From Botryllus schlosseri (taxonomy: Eukaryota), in contig CM119377.1 of NCBI GenBank assembly GCA_051294905.1, positions 15,252,001 to 15,316,000 on the forward strand: a stretch of 64,000 nt of DNA, read 5' to 3'. Position 1 is the first letter of the stretch. The number at the start of each line of letters is the position of its first letter. The notes under the pieces are model-generated. The model had not been told where the DNA came from. It saw only the letters and a list, made by a program, of their open reading frames with translations, and ran no database searches. Positions 38,720-50,529 of the stretch are shown here, piece by piece. Made by a program: the position numbers and the translations under genes.

Positions 38720-41700
38720 GTGAGCATTTTTAAATCGAACGATTTCGAGAAACCTCAATTCACGTGCGGCCTCGATTTTGTTTCAGACCATCGGCGAAAA
38801 CGCAGACGCTTGGCGGGCTGGACTGACGCAGGCGGCCGCGGCGGCGTGCTACGACCCGGCCTTGGCTGCCGCCCATTATGGCTACGGGTACGTGGAGATT
38901 TGTTCTGAAATTATTTTCATTATTTTCAGAGTATGGATGCAGTGTGTCATTACGGCACATTTGCGATACCTAAAGATAGATATGATTAATTTGATTATTA
39001 TGCATGTGTAAATACAGCGCATCATTTCGGCACATTTGAGATAACTAGTCATATTTATGATTAATTTCATTATCATTCGAGTATAGATACAGTGTATATT
39101 ACTGCAGATTGGCGATAGCTAATTGCATCTCCGATTATAGGTACGGGTCCATGATCGGTGATGGCGGACGCAGAAAAAACGCGACCCGGGAAACTACTTC
39201 GACGCTGAAAGCCTGGCTGAACGAACACAGGAAAAATCCCTACCCGACGAAAGGCGAAAAAATTATGCTCGCAATCATCACTAAAATGACATTGACTCAG
39301 GTACATTCTATTGCGCATTTTGCACGTTTTGCGTCACATCGCCAATGGTGATACTGCAATCGCGGCGCTCTCATCTAACTGATAACGTTTGTCTTTGGTT
39401 GGATGTTCTGTGATGTATATTCTGTGATGATATGTATCAATAATTTGATATTACTATCATTCGTGACCGAAGATACATTTTGATGCCAGGTATCGACGTG
39501 GTTCGCGAACGCGCGGAGGCGATTAAAAAAAGAAAACAAAATGACCTGGTCGCCGCGAAATCGCTGCGGCGAAGACGACGATGATGACATCATAGAGGGG
39601 GAAGACGAAAACAATAACCTGACCGACGCGCACCGCAATATGAAAAGCGACATGGCCAGCAGTCGCAGCGTTTCGCCCACCGCCCAAGTAAACCCGAAAC
39701 AAGAGAACGGGCAGAGAATACCGAGCTTTGACCTTCCCCAACAACCTGCCATGCACCCGTTTCTACCACGCCAAGCTATCACCGGCTCTTTTACCATACA
39801 ACGGCAATCGACCAGGCCTGACTCCGCTTTTCAAAGGCAAGAGGATATGCCTGCCCACAGGAGCGCTCCAGAAGACCAAGACGTAGATTTAGAAAGCGTA
39901 GACGAAGACGCCAAGCAATCCGCTATGAGTAAGTTCGGTTTCTTTGAAATTATTTCCAATGAATGTACGCAACCTGCAGCGCGTCAACGAATTTCACACG
40001 TAGTGAAAAAGTAAAATGGCGGATATCTCGAGATCGGTGTTATTTCCGTTCGTCGGCCGTAATGTGACTATCTTCGTCCGGCAACACCCACGACAACCTA
40101 TCCATTTGAACAAGAGCGTAGAATTCGGAATATTTTGATTACAATATTGGAAACGCCTGTCAGTGTGCTGTGATTGTGATTAGCGCGCTTGGATTGATTG
40201 GTATTGAAAAATTCTTTATAATTGGACAGGAAGTCAGCGTTATTGACTTGTGCATAACAATGCCCGAAACCGACTGGCTCTAGCGATTTTAGGAACAGGC
40301 GACAACAAACTGTACATTTAACGTACTAAACGATTTCGCACACTCTGTACACACATCCGGGGCTAACAGGATTGTGTTTTCACACCGTACTTAAAGTTCG
40401 TGAACCGGGCGTAATCCAAGAGTGATAAATATCCAACGCTAATCTTCGCGTTTCAATGCTGCTGTTGTTACTTATAGTTCTGTCACGTTTCGTGGTATTG
40501 ATTCTGCCCGAGTTCCAATGTCGCCAGATCACAACACTTACAAGACATTACCAACCCGTTACACGGATGTTTCATGTTTGCGTAACAGCGAACGGCATCC
40601 CCTGTTTCGATTACTTTCGTATTGTCCCGACAATGCCACGCTCGCTAATGGCGAGAACGCCTGTTTTAAAGCATTGTCTCGCGGCCGTAAAATAGCGCTG
40701 CGCAAACAGGTACTTCCTCAATATACTTCGGATTTCAATTTTTCTTCGAGACAAATCACACCCACACGTTACACTTTTGCACAGTCGATATCCTGAGTCT
40801 GTTATTCGAATGTGGCTTCTATTTTCGCGGTATATAATGTGATTTTTCCTTATAGGCAAACGGTCGCGGTCCACGGACTTGCAAACGCACGATCATTACC
40901 GTCGTCGGAGTCAATCGCCGGCCAGGGCTGTGCCCAAGTCTCACCAGGCTTTCCAGCCGACCAGCATTTCTTCATTTTCGCGCGGACACCACCAGAAATC
41001 GCACAACGCACAGTCGATAGGACCCAACAGAACAAGCAGAAGAGATACAATCTCCCCGAGGTCGCATCCATACTCTCGCAATGTCGTAGTGTCTCCAGCT
41101 TCAACCGCGGCTTCAAGATCAAGCAGCAATTCACCGACAAAGCCAAAGATCTGGTCTCTGGCCGAGTGCGCGGCTAGCAACGATAACGATCACGCTAAAT
41201 CCGTCGTTGACACTCCTACGAACATTGCGATTTCGAAATCTTCACCCCGTCCCGGGATATCCGCAGTTTTCGGGAACGGCCCCCGCCCAATGCAAGGCCT
41301 ACCCACCCCCCATCACCACCCTGCTATGAATCCTGAAGCGCACGCGACGCTAAGAAACTGGATGGATGGTATGATGCATCAAAAAATGGCGGTCGCGATG
41401 GCCGCCATGTCCGGCGGGCAGGCCCCTCCTACTTCATTTTTCCACGGTGGATTGCTACCACAGCATTTGGGAATGAACCCGGCCGCCATCGCGATGGCAG
41501 CGTCTTTTCCGAGGGTCCCAGAGTCGGGCAGGTTTCCGCAGAACTTTCCGGGTTTCGCGGACTTCGCCGCCGCGCAACGCGCGCACATGGCCGCCACGCA
41601 CGCGGCCGCGGCGGACCTGCACGCACATCCAGAGAACGTGCCGCATCGCAAGTCACCGCTGTCCGACGCCGGCAAGCAATCGTTTGATTCGTCCGCAACG

Positions 41701-42533
41701 AGGCACAGAATAAGTAAGTAGTCCACGAATAGTGCTATGTATCTTTATCTTATATCAACCCACGGTATTCAACTGAGTCAAAAATATGATATTGCATAAA
41801 ACAATATATTGATCATCTCATTCGCCATGAACACCACCAACCGGCTATGCTAAACTGTAAATAGTTCACAGTAGTAAGGAACCAGAACAAGAATATCAGT
41901 TTGTTATTGTTGTTTTAGTATTCATGTTTAGAGTACTTTTGTCATTTTACACCATATCGATATTCTTCATAATGATTCCTGTGTTGCTGACTTGCAGCAC
42001 GGTAGTGGCCCATTTTAATCTCTGTCGTTTGTAATGCCCTGGTTATTCGGGTTGTGTGGCGATAACGAACCTGGATAGGACCTTCAAAACTTGGGTAGGG
42101 ATTCTGGAGTCGTCCTCGATCGGACAGGCACCAATTGGTGTTATAGCTCTGATGTAAAACCACTATTTTGAAACACTATGAATACGAAAACAACAGACCT
42201 ACATTACCAATCGACCTATTTGATTTTATGGACATTTTCTAATCTGTTGCCGTCCATCGTATTCATTTTCGATTTTTATTTCAGTTTCCAACGAAGACAA
42301 GCGAAAATCACCTCTATCCACAGCGTCTTCGCCTCGTTTAGAAATTGCTGAAGTGTCAGCTTTCACAGCACTCAACACGAGGTAAATTTCTGAAAGTCTG
42401 TTTGTTAATTCTACAGCGACAATAACCATTTCTTACCCCATTCAGACCCAGAAGTGGAGATTCGGGCAGAGCCAGCGTCGAGACCAATAACGAATGTTTA
42501 ACGCAATCCAAAGAATCCAGTTCGCCGAAGTGA
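38585..42533 (+). CDS. Irx: Iroquois-class TALE homeobox transcription factor, Irx4/Irx6-like; 7 coding exons joined 38585-38719, 38787-38887, 39141-39300, 39490-39928, 40856-41713, 42285-42381, 42446-42533 (1878 nt, 625 aa + stop)
   Basis: Homeodomain [44 protein letters not shown]|[20 protein letters not shown] has the TALE PYP loop and the Irx-type WFANARR. It is followed by an acidic stretch, the IRO box KPKIWSLAE and an LRNWMDG motif. All six introns are GT-AG with matching phases (0,2,0,1,1,2), and the total length is divisible by 3. The N-terminus may extend upstream. Confidence 0.96.
38787..38887 (+). CDS. Irx: Irx coding exon B ([34 protein letters not shown])
   Basis: Acceptor ttttgtttcag after a 67-nt intron; donor gg|gtacgt (phase 2); GC-rich codons; YDPAL motif as in IRX4 YEPAL. 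Confidence 0.9.
38947..39073. repeat. Imperfect direct repeat (period 75 nt) inside the Irx intron between exons B and C
   Basis: tcattacggcacatttgcgatacc...atgattaatttgattat (38947-38998) vs tcatttcggcacatttgagataac...atgattaatttcattat (39022-39073). Confidence 0.85.
39141..39300 (+). CDS. Irx: Irx coding exon C, homeodomain N-terminal part ([15 protein letters not shown]...TLTQ)
   Basis: Acceptor ttatag|g, donor cag|gtacat; unmistakable Irx homeodomain sequence. Confidence 0.97.
39490..39928 (+). CDS. Irx: Irx coding exon D, homeodomain helix 3 plus acidic region
   Basis: Acceptor gccag|gta; [33 protein letters not shown]; donor atga|gtaagt (phase 1). Confidence 0.97.
40856..41713 (+). 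CDS. Irx: Irx coding exon E, containing the IRO box (41140-41178) and LRNWMDG (41350-41370)
   Basis: Acceptor gatttttccttatag|gc is in frame with ORF 40879-41721; [13 protein letters not shown]; strong donor ataa|gtaagt at 41714 (phase 1). Confidence 0.93.
41985..42170 (-). mobile_element. Degenerate SINE-A in the Irx intron between exons E and F
   Basis: gacttgcagcacgg...cttgggtagggattctggagtcg...ccaattggtgttatagc matches the 50590-50720 and 51250-51300 copy. Confidence 0.6.
42285..42381 (+). CDS. Irx: Irx coding exon F ([31 protein letters not shown]); not in the ORF track
   Basis: Strong acceptor gatttttatttcag, phase-compatible with the 41714 donor. Open frame, donor ag|gtaaat (phase 2). 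The SAFTAL..R segment resembles the Irx C-terminal S/TAFQPV.RR motif. Confidence 0.8.
42446..42533 (+). CDS. Irx: Irx terminal coding exon G ([29 protein letters not shown])
   Basis: 64-nt intron; acceptor ttcttaccccattcag; phase 2 fits; open to TGA at 42531-42533. Confidence 0.72.
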
Positions 42534-45500
42534 TGCAGCATGCACGAGTACATTGTAAAAGCACCGGCACAATGCACATCTCGTCACTCCGAGAGCAAAG
42601 CAGCGGTCGGTCGATAATTGTGACATCATAAATCATCAGCAATCTAATTGGACGCCTGGTTGACTGCGTGCGTCGTCAGAAACAAAAGGCCATTATTACG
42701 ATGCAGTGTGGCAGAGGACTGGTTGTGGAATTTACAAAACTACTAATCTGTCGCGGAGATTAGCGCTAACGCGCTATCGCGTGCGGTTATACTTCAAAAA
42801 AATGTCGGAGCGCATTCGTCAGCAAACCGGACATTATAAAATGGTGGACAAATGACCAACCGATCGCATTCCGTTGGTTTAAATGAGATGGAGAAATCGT
42901 GTGATAATTGCTTTTCGTCTGATTGGTCTGGATTGGTGAAGCTCTTTTGCTATGGCTTTAGCATTTCAATGTATTAATTGCAATAATGTTGTCGCTCTGG
43001 GGTTTTCTCAGTCTTGTCGAGTATTCGTGCTAGTAATCGATTCTTAAATATACTGTCATCTTCGTTTATTTTTATCCAAGTTCATTGTTCTATCTTACTA
43101 TTTCTACTTAGTCGATTTACGTTCGCTATTATTCTATATTTTGGCCCGTCGATACTTTATTCTGTACTATCATCGCGCGTTAGAATAAACCATTCACCGA
43201 TTAATTTTTTGCGGCCGTAAAGCCAGTTAAGACCGAGCGAGTGTCAGTGAAAGGGTGGCCATAATTTTTTTGATCAATCTCCATTTCGTGACTTCCACAG
43301 GCTTAGGCTGAGACAGAAAATGTTTAGGCTCGCGAAAGGACGACGTTCGTAGGCTATTCACTACAGCCAATCCGGTCGATAAAGGCGAGGCTGACATTGT
43401 TACGATGCGTGCATTGCATCAAATTTCGCTGACCGGTAATGATGACTGTGGCAGCTCTCCAGTCGTGCATCATAATAAGTGCAGGAGAATTCGAAAAAGG
43501 CAGCTATGGATGCTATTGACGGTGAATTCACAACGAAGTATTGATGCATCGAACTACAGTCCCAGTATGACTAGACGAGACCTTGCATTTATGCGCAGTA
43601 TGACTAATGATTGATAAACTTCTCGTATAGTGTGATCATCCTACCCTGCGATTAAATGATACAATAGGCGATGCAGAGAATTCCGTTTTAAAAATGCAGG
43701 TGTATTTTGTTTCACCGACCCATATTCCGTGTGATAAACGAGATGCTTTATTTAAAATGACGCTCAAGATTACAAGATAGAAGTATCCACCAAAATTTCA
43801 CTCACACTGCTTGCTATTACCACTGATGAAAAACCACACCATTCGAGTGGTCATAGTTTAATAGCAGATTCCCCGACCGAAATGGAGCCTGCTTCAAGTT
43901 TTCGACACTTATGACAGTACAGTGGGTGTCACCATATTAGAAGCAATCATTATGACTTGCGTGACTAACGCGGAAAGCAAGAGTTTGGCTAAAAACGAGA
44001 GAATCCGACTCGGGAAAATGGCTGCTCGGCGAAACCAGTGGATGGCGCTGTTTCCATGCAATTTTATATATGCGAGTGGCCGCTGCAAGAGATGTTCACC
44101 TTAACATGATAGCGTCACCCTGCTCTGAACCTCTTAATATTGACTCTGTTTTATAATGCAGCTGTAAAATGTCATTGGGGGCAAAGGTTGGCTCAACAAA
44201 TGCAGCTACAATGTGTGTGACACGTAGGGAATTCACGGGCGACGGCATCGGGGGTAGTTGTCAATAGTTTCTTCACGGTGGACAGCGACGCCCAAGACTC
44301 GGTCTACAGCTTGTTTCGTGATTGGTAATACATTGTTCGGATAAAGGGCAATTTTTTTCGCCTGTACCGATGTGACTGGAAAACATCTCTAGGGCCTTAC
44401 CAACCTTTTAAATCTAATCAATACAACGTGTTTCGTACAGGCTCAATCCTACTGCATGCTTTTGGGCAGAACAGCTTTCCACATTGTTACAATTTAGTTT
44501 TATACTGGAAGCATATGAACACCTGCCTATAAGGTATTGCTTTCTAATTCACTGATACTTGAGTAGACTGTATCTTCTTTGGCAAGAACCGCCGCGCGGT
44601 AATTGTAGCCAACCGCAAGCTTGAGTTGCCTTCATCGATCTCGATTTGTTCCAGCATCAATAGCCACTATTTTTCTGTCGAATCGGAATCGCATGCCATA
44701 ACCTCTGACGGGTTGTAAGCTAATTTTTGAAAGTTTATAGAATTGGTTTGTCAAAAGAGAAGGTATATTGTAAACAGGTAAATAAAAAATTGCTGTTCAT
44801 CAATGACCAGTTTTAGATAGCATGGGGCTGGTGGTTGCATGTGACATTGAGCGTAGACCAACACAATATTGGCATTATGTATTGCATCCCCAGATAAATT
44901 AGCGTTACGACAAGGGTGTGGCGTGATCTTTGTTTTGTAACATTGGCCGCCATTGACTTTAACGAAATATCCAACGAAGTTGCTTCTAAAAACGAGGAGA
45001 GTATAATTCGTTCCGGCCATTACAACTTAGCCGCTGGTGGGGACAAAGTCAATTTCAACATATATACCATAACATCTTATGTGAGGAAGTAATATAGAAT
45101 TACAACAGTCTCCTATAAGGCCGCTGTTTTAGAGTGGTGACAATATGTTTTATTGTGTGGCGTATTTTCGTGAGTGTTGAAAGCAAACAAGACTATCAAA
45201 TTGACGAGAAAGATTGTAAAATGAATGCGCCGGGACATTTATTTGTATAATTAGCGAGAGCGAGCAATAATTCAATATGATAGTTCGCCTCCAACGGTCG
45301 TTAAAGGGCAATACCACATCTGCTGCATCCATTTTGTTGTTACTAATTACGGTTTCTGTGTTATTCCATGTTTTATGCATGTCATGCGCAGATTTGAACA
45401 CATTTACACGCAATAATGATCTGCATACCATGACCGGCACACTGGTGCGATGTATCGTACATTGCATTAAAGTTCGATATTGACCGACAGCGATGATGAT

Positions 45501-45793
45501 GGCAAATGTAGTATTTATAATCTGGAACACACACACCAGCTCCAGACTATGGCACCATCCTATCTCAAATATAGCTTCATAGCAGAGTTGGACTATCATT
45601 TCCACCAGTTCAGTGGAACCTATAGCAAAGTTATTCGCTTCCTTAAATCAGGGGTGTTCGATTGAAACGATATTATTATCTGCAGTTAAGGACCATATTG
45701 TGTCTCGGTATGTTGACCCTGCAAACGGTGCATTTTGTCTACTCTACGATTCTAGTTCTACGTGTCTCGTATATGACCGAACTCTTTGAGAAA

Positions 45794-46270
45794 CAGAGGT
45801 GATATCCTTGGACAGTTGGACATTGACCAGGCGGCTGGGCAAACACCTGCGATTAGGGCTGGGCAAAATCGAGTAACTGAGTGATTCGATTCTGAATCAC
45901 GTAATATGCTTCGAGTCGAGTTGAGTAATCGAGTATCACCCATTATCCATCCAATAAATAATACTCTGGTATTTTCCGACCACACCGATTTCATTCCACT
46001 TTCCGACAATGTTGTGGGATAATCATGACTTCGGAAATGTGCTACATCCAGTAACCTTAGTCGTAGATTGGTAGTATATGTTTCGTATGCTACGATATAC
46101 CGCCAATTAAGGTATCAAGGCTTTAACAGTGAAAATTAGTATCGAAACTATAATTCTCGTTGACGAATTAACTTTCAGCGTCGAGAAGCGTATAATTTCA
46201 GTACTCGGAAAAATTGTCTTTTACTACTCGATGCGAATCAATAAAATTATTACTCGTTTCAGAAACAAGT
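45794..46270 (+). mobile_element. TAGGGCTGGGCA MITE, degenerate copy in opposite orientation to 50721-51249
   Basis: Starts tagggctgggcaaaatcgagtaactgagtg; internal ttgtgggataatcatgacttcggaaatgtgcta is shared with 50721-51249. Coordinates approximate. A further fragment lies at about 28270-28370. Confidence 0.7.
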
Positions 46271-49055
46271 TACAAGAAATGTCATTTATATATACGTATG
46301 CGTGTGAAAGCAATCTATGCCAGAAATATTGACAACTACCTCCATAATTTCTCTAACATCTGTCATGGTATTTAAAATCATAGGTGGTCACTGGTCAGTA
46401 ACAAAGCAATTCTACTTTTTCGGACTACTTCATAGGATTTGCCTACTTGTATTGCTTACTCCCGTAGTTATGTTTTACATGCATTTTTCTTGAACAGCCT
46501 ATTGACTTTTTACACTGTTGATAGGTTTACATCACTCCTATCAGCGTAATTGCCACAAGAATTGAAAGCGTCCCTGTCGTCGTAAGGGACTATGTTTCCG
46601 AAGGTTGTTCCCAATCGTAGTAGCATTCAGTCATGTTGCGTTAGTCGCGAAGATATATCTCGCGATTCCAAAGGTATCCACCGCCGATTAACTGTTAAAT
46701 GTATACGACCCGTCGACCAAATGTACTTTATGAAACCGCTACCTTTGAGATGGATTTGTAATTGCTACTTCTGCTTTTAATTCTGTAAAAATTCACTCTG
46801 ATACTTTTACGTCTACTAAAGTAGCATCACTGACTAGGCTACTTAGACCACCCTTGTGTATTATGTGATGGAACTTGTGGCCTTCATAGTGACTGGTGGC
46901 TCCAATAGCCTTGTGACATTCACTGTATCCAAACGATACAGTCCAAAAGTCAGTCTTGCAGAACCCAACACTGCGGGCGTTTGAAATTGATATGATGCCG
47001 CTTCAGAAGAATTATATGAGCTCCCGTTTTTTTATCGTGAAGTACATAAACGCGTAACATGCGTAACCTTTTTGCCATACGGAATGATAATGGCGTGATC
47101 CAGCATACTTATCAATTTGGATGTCGTACATGGTAGTTCCGCACGAATTTGACGTATCTTCGGTAATAAAAATCTCGAATAAAAGCTATATTTCCCTGAA
47201 ATCTCATAATGACCGACCATGTCACCTGGGAAAAAGTTGTGTTAAAAGACATCGTCGAACACAAAGCAATCCACGTACCTGATTATTCGAACTAAGACCC
47301 CTAATTGAAATAAATCGTATGGGTAAGGCGTTATTATCGGATACACAAAGTGGTGCAATATCAAAACCTAATAACGTGTTACATGGTACGGTTATCCTTA
47401 TAAGATTTTTAGTAATATTTCCTGTTGTTGGAATTGAAAGGTTACGAACGCAACACGATATTGAGTTGCGAAATCGACCAAGGAATTATTTGACTATATT
47501 CTCTAGATATCCGATGATTTAGAGCTATTCCTGGATTCAATAGTAGTGCGAAAGATATTACTTCAACTATGATGGCGTTGCCGCGCGGTTGCCAGTGAAT
47601 TTTATTCAGCAGAACTGATATCATTGGTCAGAGTAAATTTTTTTTGTCAATGATAACTCCCGAGATGTTTTACTCATTTTATATGAATAATTTGTGTGTT
47701 CCGTAACTCAGGTGGGAGGTAACCCCTAAAGTTCCGCCTTGCTAAACGCATATCAAGGTAAACCTGGGCTTTTTGATCGATACGGCCAGACCAGCAGTCA
47801 AATAATGCCAAAGTGTTGCATCTCAATCAATACTTTTGTTTTTCGTAGGATGTTTTAACATAGAAACCGCACAGACTAATATAAACTATACTAATATTAT
47901 AGTTTCATATATAATACAAACTACACATAAACCATCTCCGGGATTATTTCAATATGACTATACTATTCAATTGTATATTGTAGTTATGTACCTCCAAGAG
48001 TGTCATCACGAATAGATTAAGTTCACCTTCATACATGATACAAAAGTAGAACTCTAATCCCCATAACCACCACAACATTATTCTTCAAAGCAGTACTTGT
48101 GGATGTAAATATGATATGCCATACCCACATCGACTTCACTAATGGAATGTGGCATGGTTTACGAATTGCAGTTCAATTTAATCCCTATAGTCGATATCCA
48201 CTCGCACGCTGACAGTCGTTGGTCTGTCGTTCACTTAATCGCAGCAGTATTCTGTCGGGTAGGAAAACTGTGCTATAGCAGAGATATAGTTCGCCACGGC
48301 TGAGGCTTCTCAATTCTCTTTTGTGGTGAAGCTACGCGATGGAGTAATGAGGTCATAAATGTGACTTGAACTAGGCTTACCTTGCTTTAAATGATGTTTA
48401 CACATTCTACGGTCCTTTCGTTATCGAAAAGGCAACTCATTGCGTAGAGTTTCCACGAAAATTTTACGGTATTGGTGACTGCATTGTTTCACATGGTTCG
48501 CAAAGCGGGAGTACAGTGGTCACGATGACGCATTCCGACGTTTTTAACCATCGGGACTAGCTATAATTGATTCAGCGCACCTCGTTAAACCCATCATGCT
48601 CGTCAAAACAATCACAAATCAGCATAGCCATGTCGTTGTGCATGCGTCAATTACCTATGAGATGGCCTCCGATGGAGTACAGATTTAATGGGATAACCGC
48701 AATCAAAGTTTCTGGAATACGTTGAAGTTATTCCGATTGCCATATTATCTCTGAATCATCGAATGATAGCGCGCACCTCCTTTATACGTAGTATAGACTA
48801 TTCGTCTGAACTGAAGATGTGATGTCTAGAAATGCATGTGTCCTTGTGCGATTTTGCACCACTTCCGACCAGTCAGAATGTATAGATACCATTTTCAATT
48901 ATGGGCAGATCAATGCGCGGGTAGAGCTGCTTCATGTGACGGCCAGAAAAGGCCATGTTGGTAGGTCATTCCATGATCATGGTACCAAACTGTTCGACAT
49001 CAGGGTTTAGATATTTCCATACATGCCATAACACCATTTTCAATCCCCCCTATAG

Positions 49056-49373
49056 CATTGGTTCTCAAACTTTTTTAGAGACGCTTCCATTATGATAGTG
49101 AATAATCTCGCCCCCCCCCCCCTAATCGTCATATCAGAGAATACAACCAGAATACTAGCAATCCCTGCGGATAGTTTGATGGCACGGAGGTTATGACTGT
49201 TAATGAGAGAATTCTAAAATATAAAATTAGGAACATACACAGAGCAATAACTTTGAACTGGAGGTAAATCGCGCAGAGCGTGAAAATAATTTTCATTTGA
49301 TCGCAGCTTCGCGCCCCCCTTCAGCTGCATTCATCACCCTCAAGGGGGCGCGCCCCCAGTTTGAGAACCACTG
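49056..49373 (+). mobile_element. hAT MITE, 318 bp (CAGTGGTTCTCAA TIR)
   Basis: TIR cattggttctcaaac/gtttgagaaccactg; TSD ccctatag/tcctatag (7/8); same length as and homologous to 57394-57711. Confidence 0.9.
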
Positions 49374-50471
49374 TCCTATAGAATAAGCTTTTGCATATGA
49401 TGTAATCGACTGTTAATATTCAATGTTCATGCTGATATTTATTCGTGACTTAATGCTGGGAAACTACTTACTTCTGTGCTCTGGCAGAAGCCGTGACATC
49501 CTATGCTGGCCGGACCGACTACAACTATGGGTACAAGAATGGTGGTTTGAGAGGTACTCAAAGCAAATACCTTGAAAACGTGATCTAAGATTATGTCTTC
49601 AGGATGGCAGTTGTCAACTTAGCAAATTTCAAAATATACCTCAGCGAGTATTGCTGAAATCAATTTAAAGATTACTTGACAAAATGGTATCCATTTTGAC
49701 TTTGAAAACTGTTAAAGCAGAAATGGAAGGACAAAGTCTACGGAATCAAAATGTGTAATGCTTGTTTACTCAGTTTTTCGAATACATCACATACCAAAGA
49801 TTGAAGATTTTTTCTATACATAATCGATTCTCGTAAAAGTTGACCGCAACCTGTAAGTACAGATGCTATAACACACACGTAACAAACGCTGATTGCTATG
49901 TTAACTTATCCCATGTATCTTTAATAATAGATTCGCGCGACTGAAATTACCCATTGCGACGCTTGATTACTTATTTATTACAGCAAACGTCAACACCGCA
50001 AGTGCTAACTCACTAAACTCTCAAAGGACACAGTGATCACGCCCGCCGTCACTTGATTGAGACACATAGCGTTCTGTTTTACAATGAGTTAAATTATGCT
50101 TGGAATCACTCGAGCGAGAATAATTAGCAATTGTGACAAAGTAATTGAGACGGTCGATCTGGTAAAAAGGGCAATAAACGAATAATTTATGACGGTCCTT
50201 CAATGTTACAGCCCCTGTCTTCCACGGGATACACTGAGTATACATCTGTGCGGTAATTAACCTAATATGCACGGGAATTTCACGCGTTAACGACTGAAAT
50301 AGACTTGTCACGAATGACAATGTATCGCACCTTTTTCATCCCAAATGGTACATGAAAGGCGACCGGCAAAAAACATTTGGGATTAATGGTCATGGCTCGT
50401 TGGCTGCATTTACATAATTTTGACTGTCATATTCGTGTTTTCGTTCTCAATAAAGTGGCGTGGCGATACTG

Positions 50472-50526
50472 CAGAATCCAAGTCCAGAATCCAAGTCCAG
50501 AATCCAAGAATCCAAGAATCCAAGCA
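50472..50526. repeat. Compound tandem repeat (AGAATCCAAGTCC)n then (AATCCAAG)n
   Basis: gaatccaagtccagaatccaagtccagaatccaagaatccaagaatccaag, next to the SINE-A tail. Confidence 0.9.
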
Positions 50527-50529
50527 AGG

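Noticed and set aside
39929-40014. ORF-track continuation of exon D (SKFGFFEII...VVKK)
   Set aside because: Read-through of a strong GTAAGT donor; the phase-matched exon with the IRO box follows at 40856.
39375-41726. Minus-strand and alternative-frame ORFs over the Irx exons (e.g. 39375-39797, 40850-41146, 41379-41726)
   Set aside because: Shadows of GC-rich Irx codons; no start context or domain.
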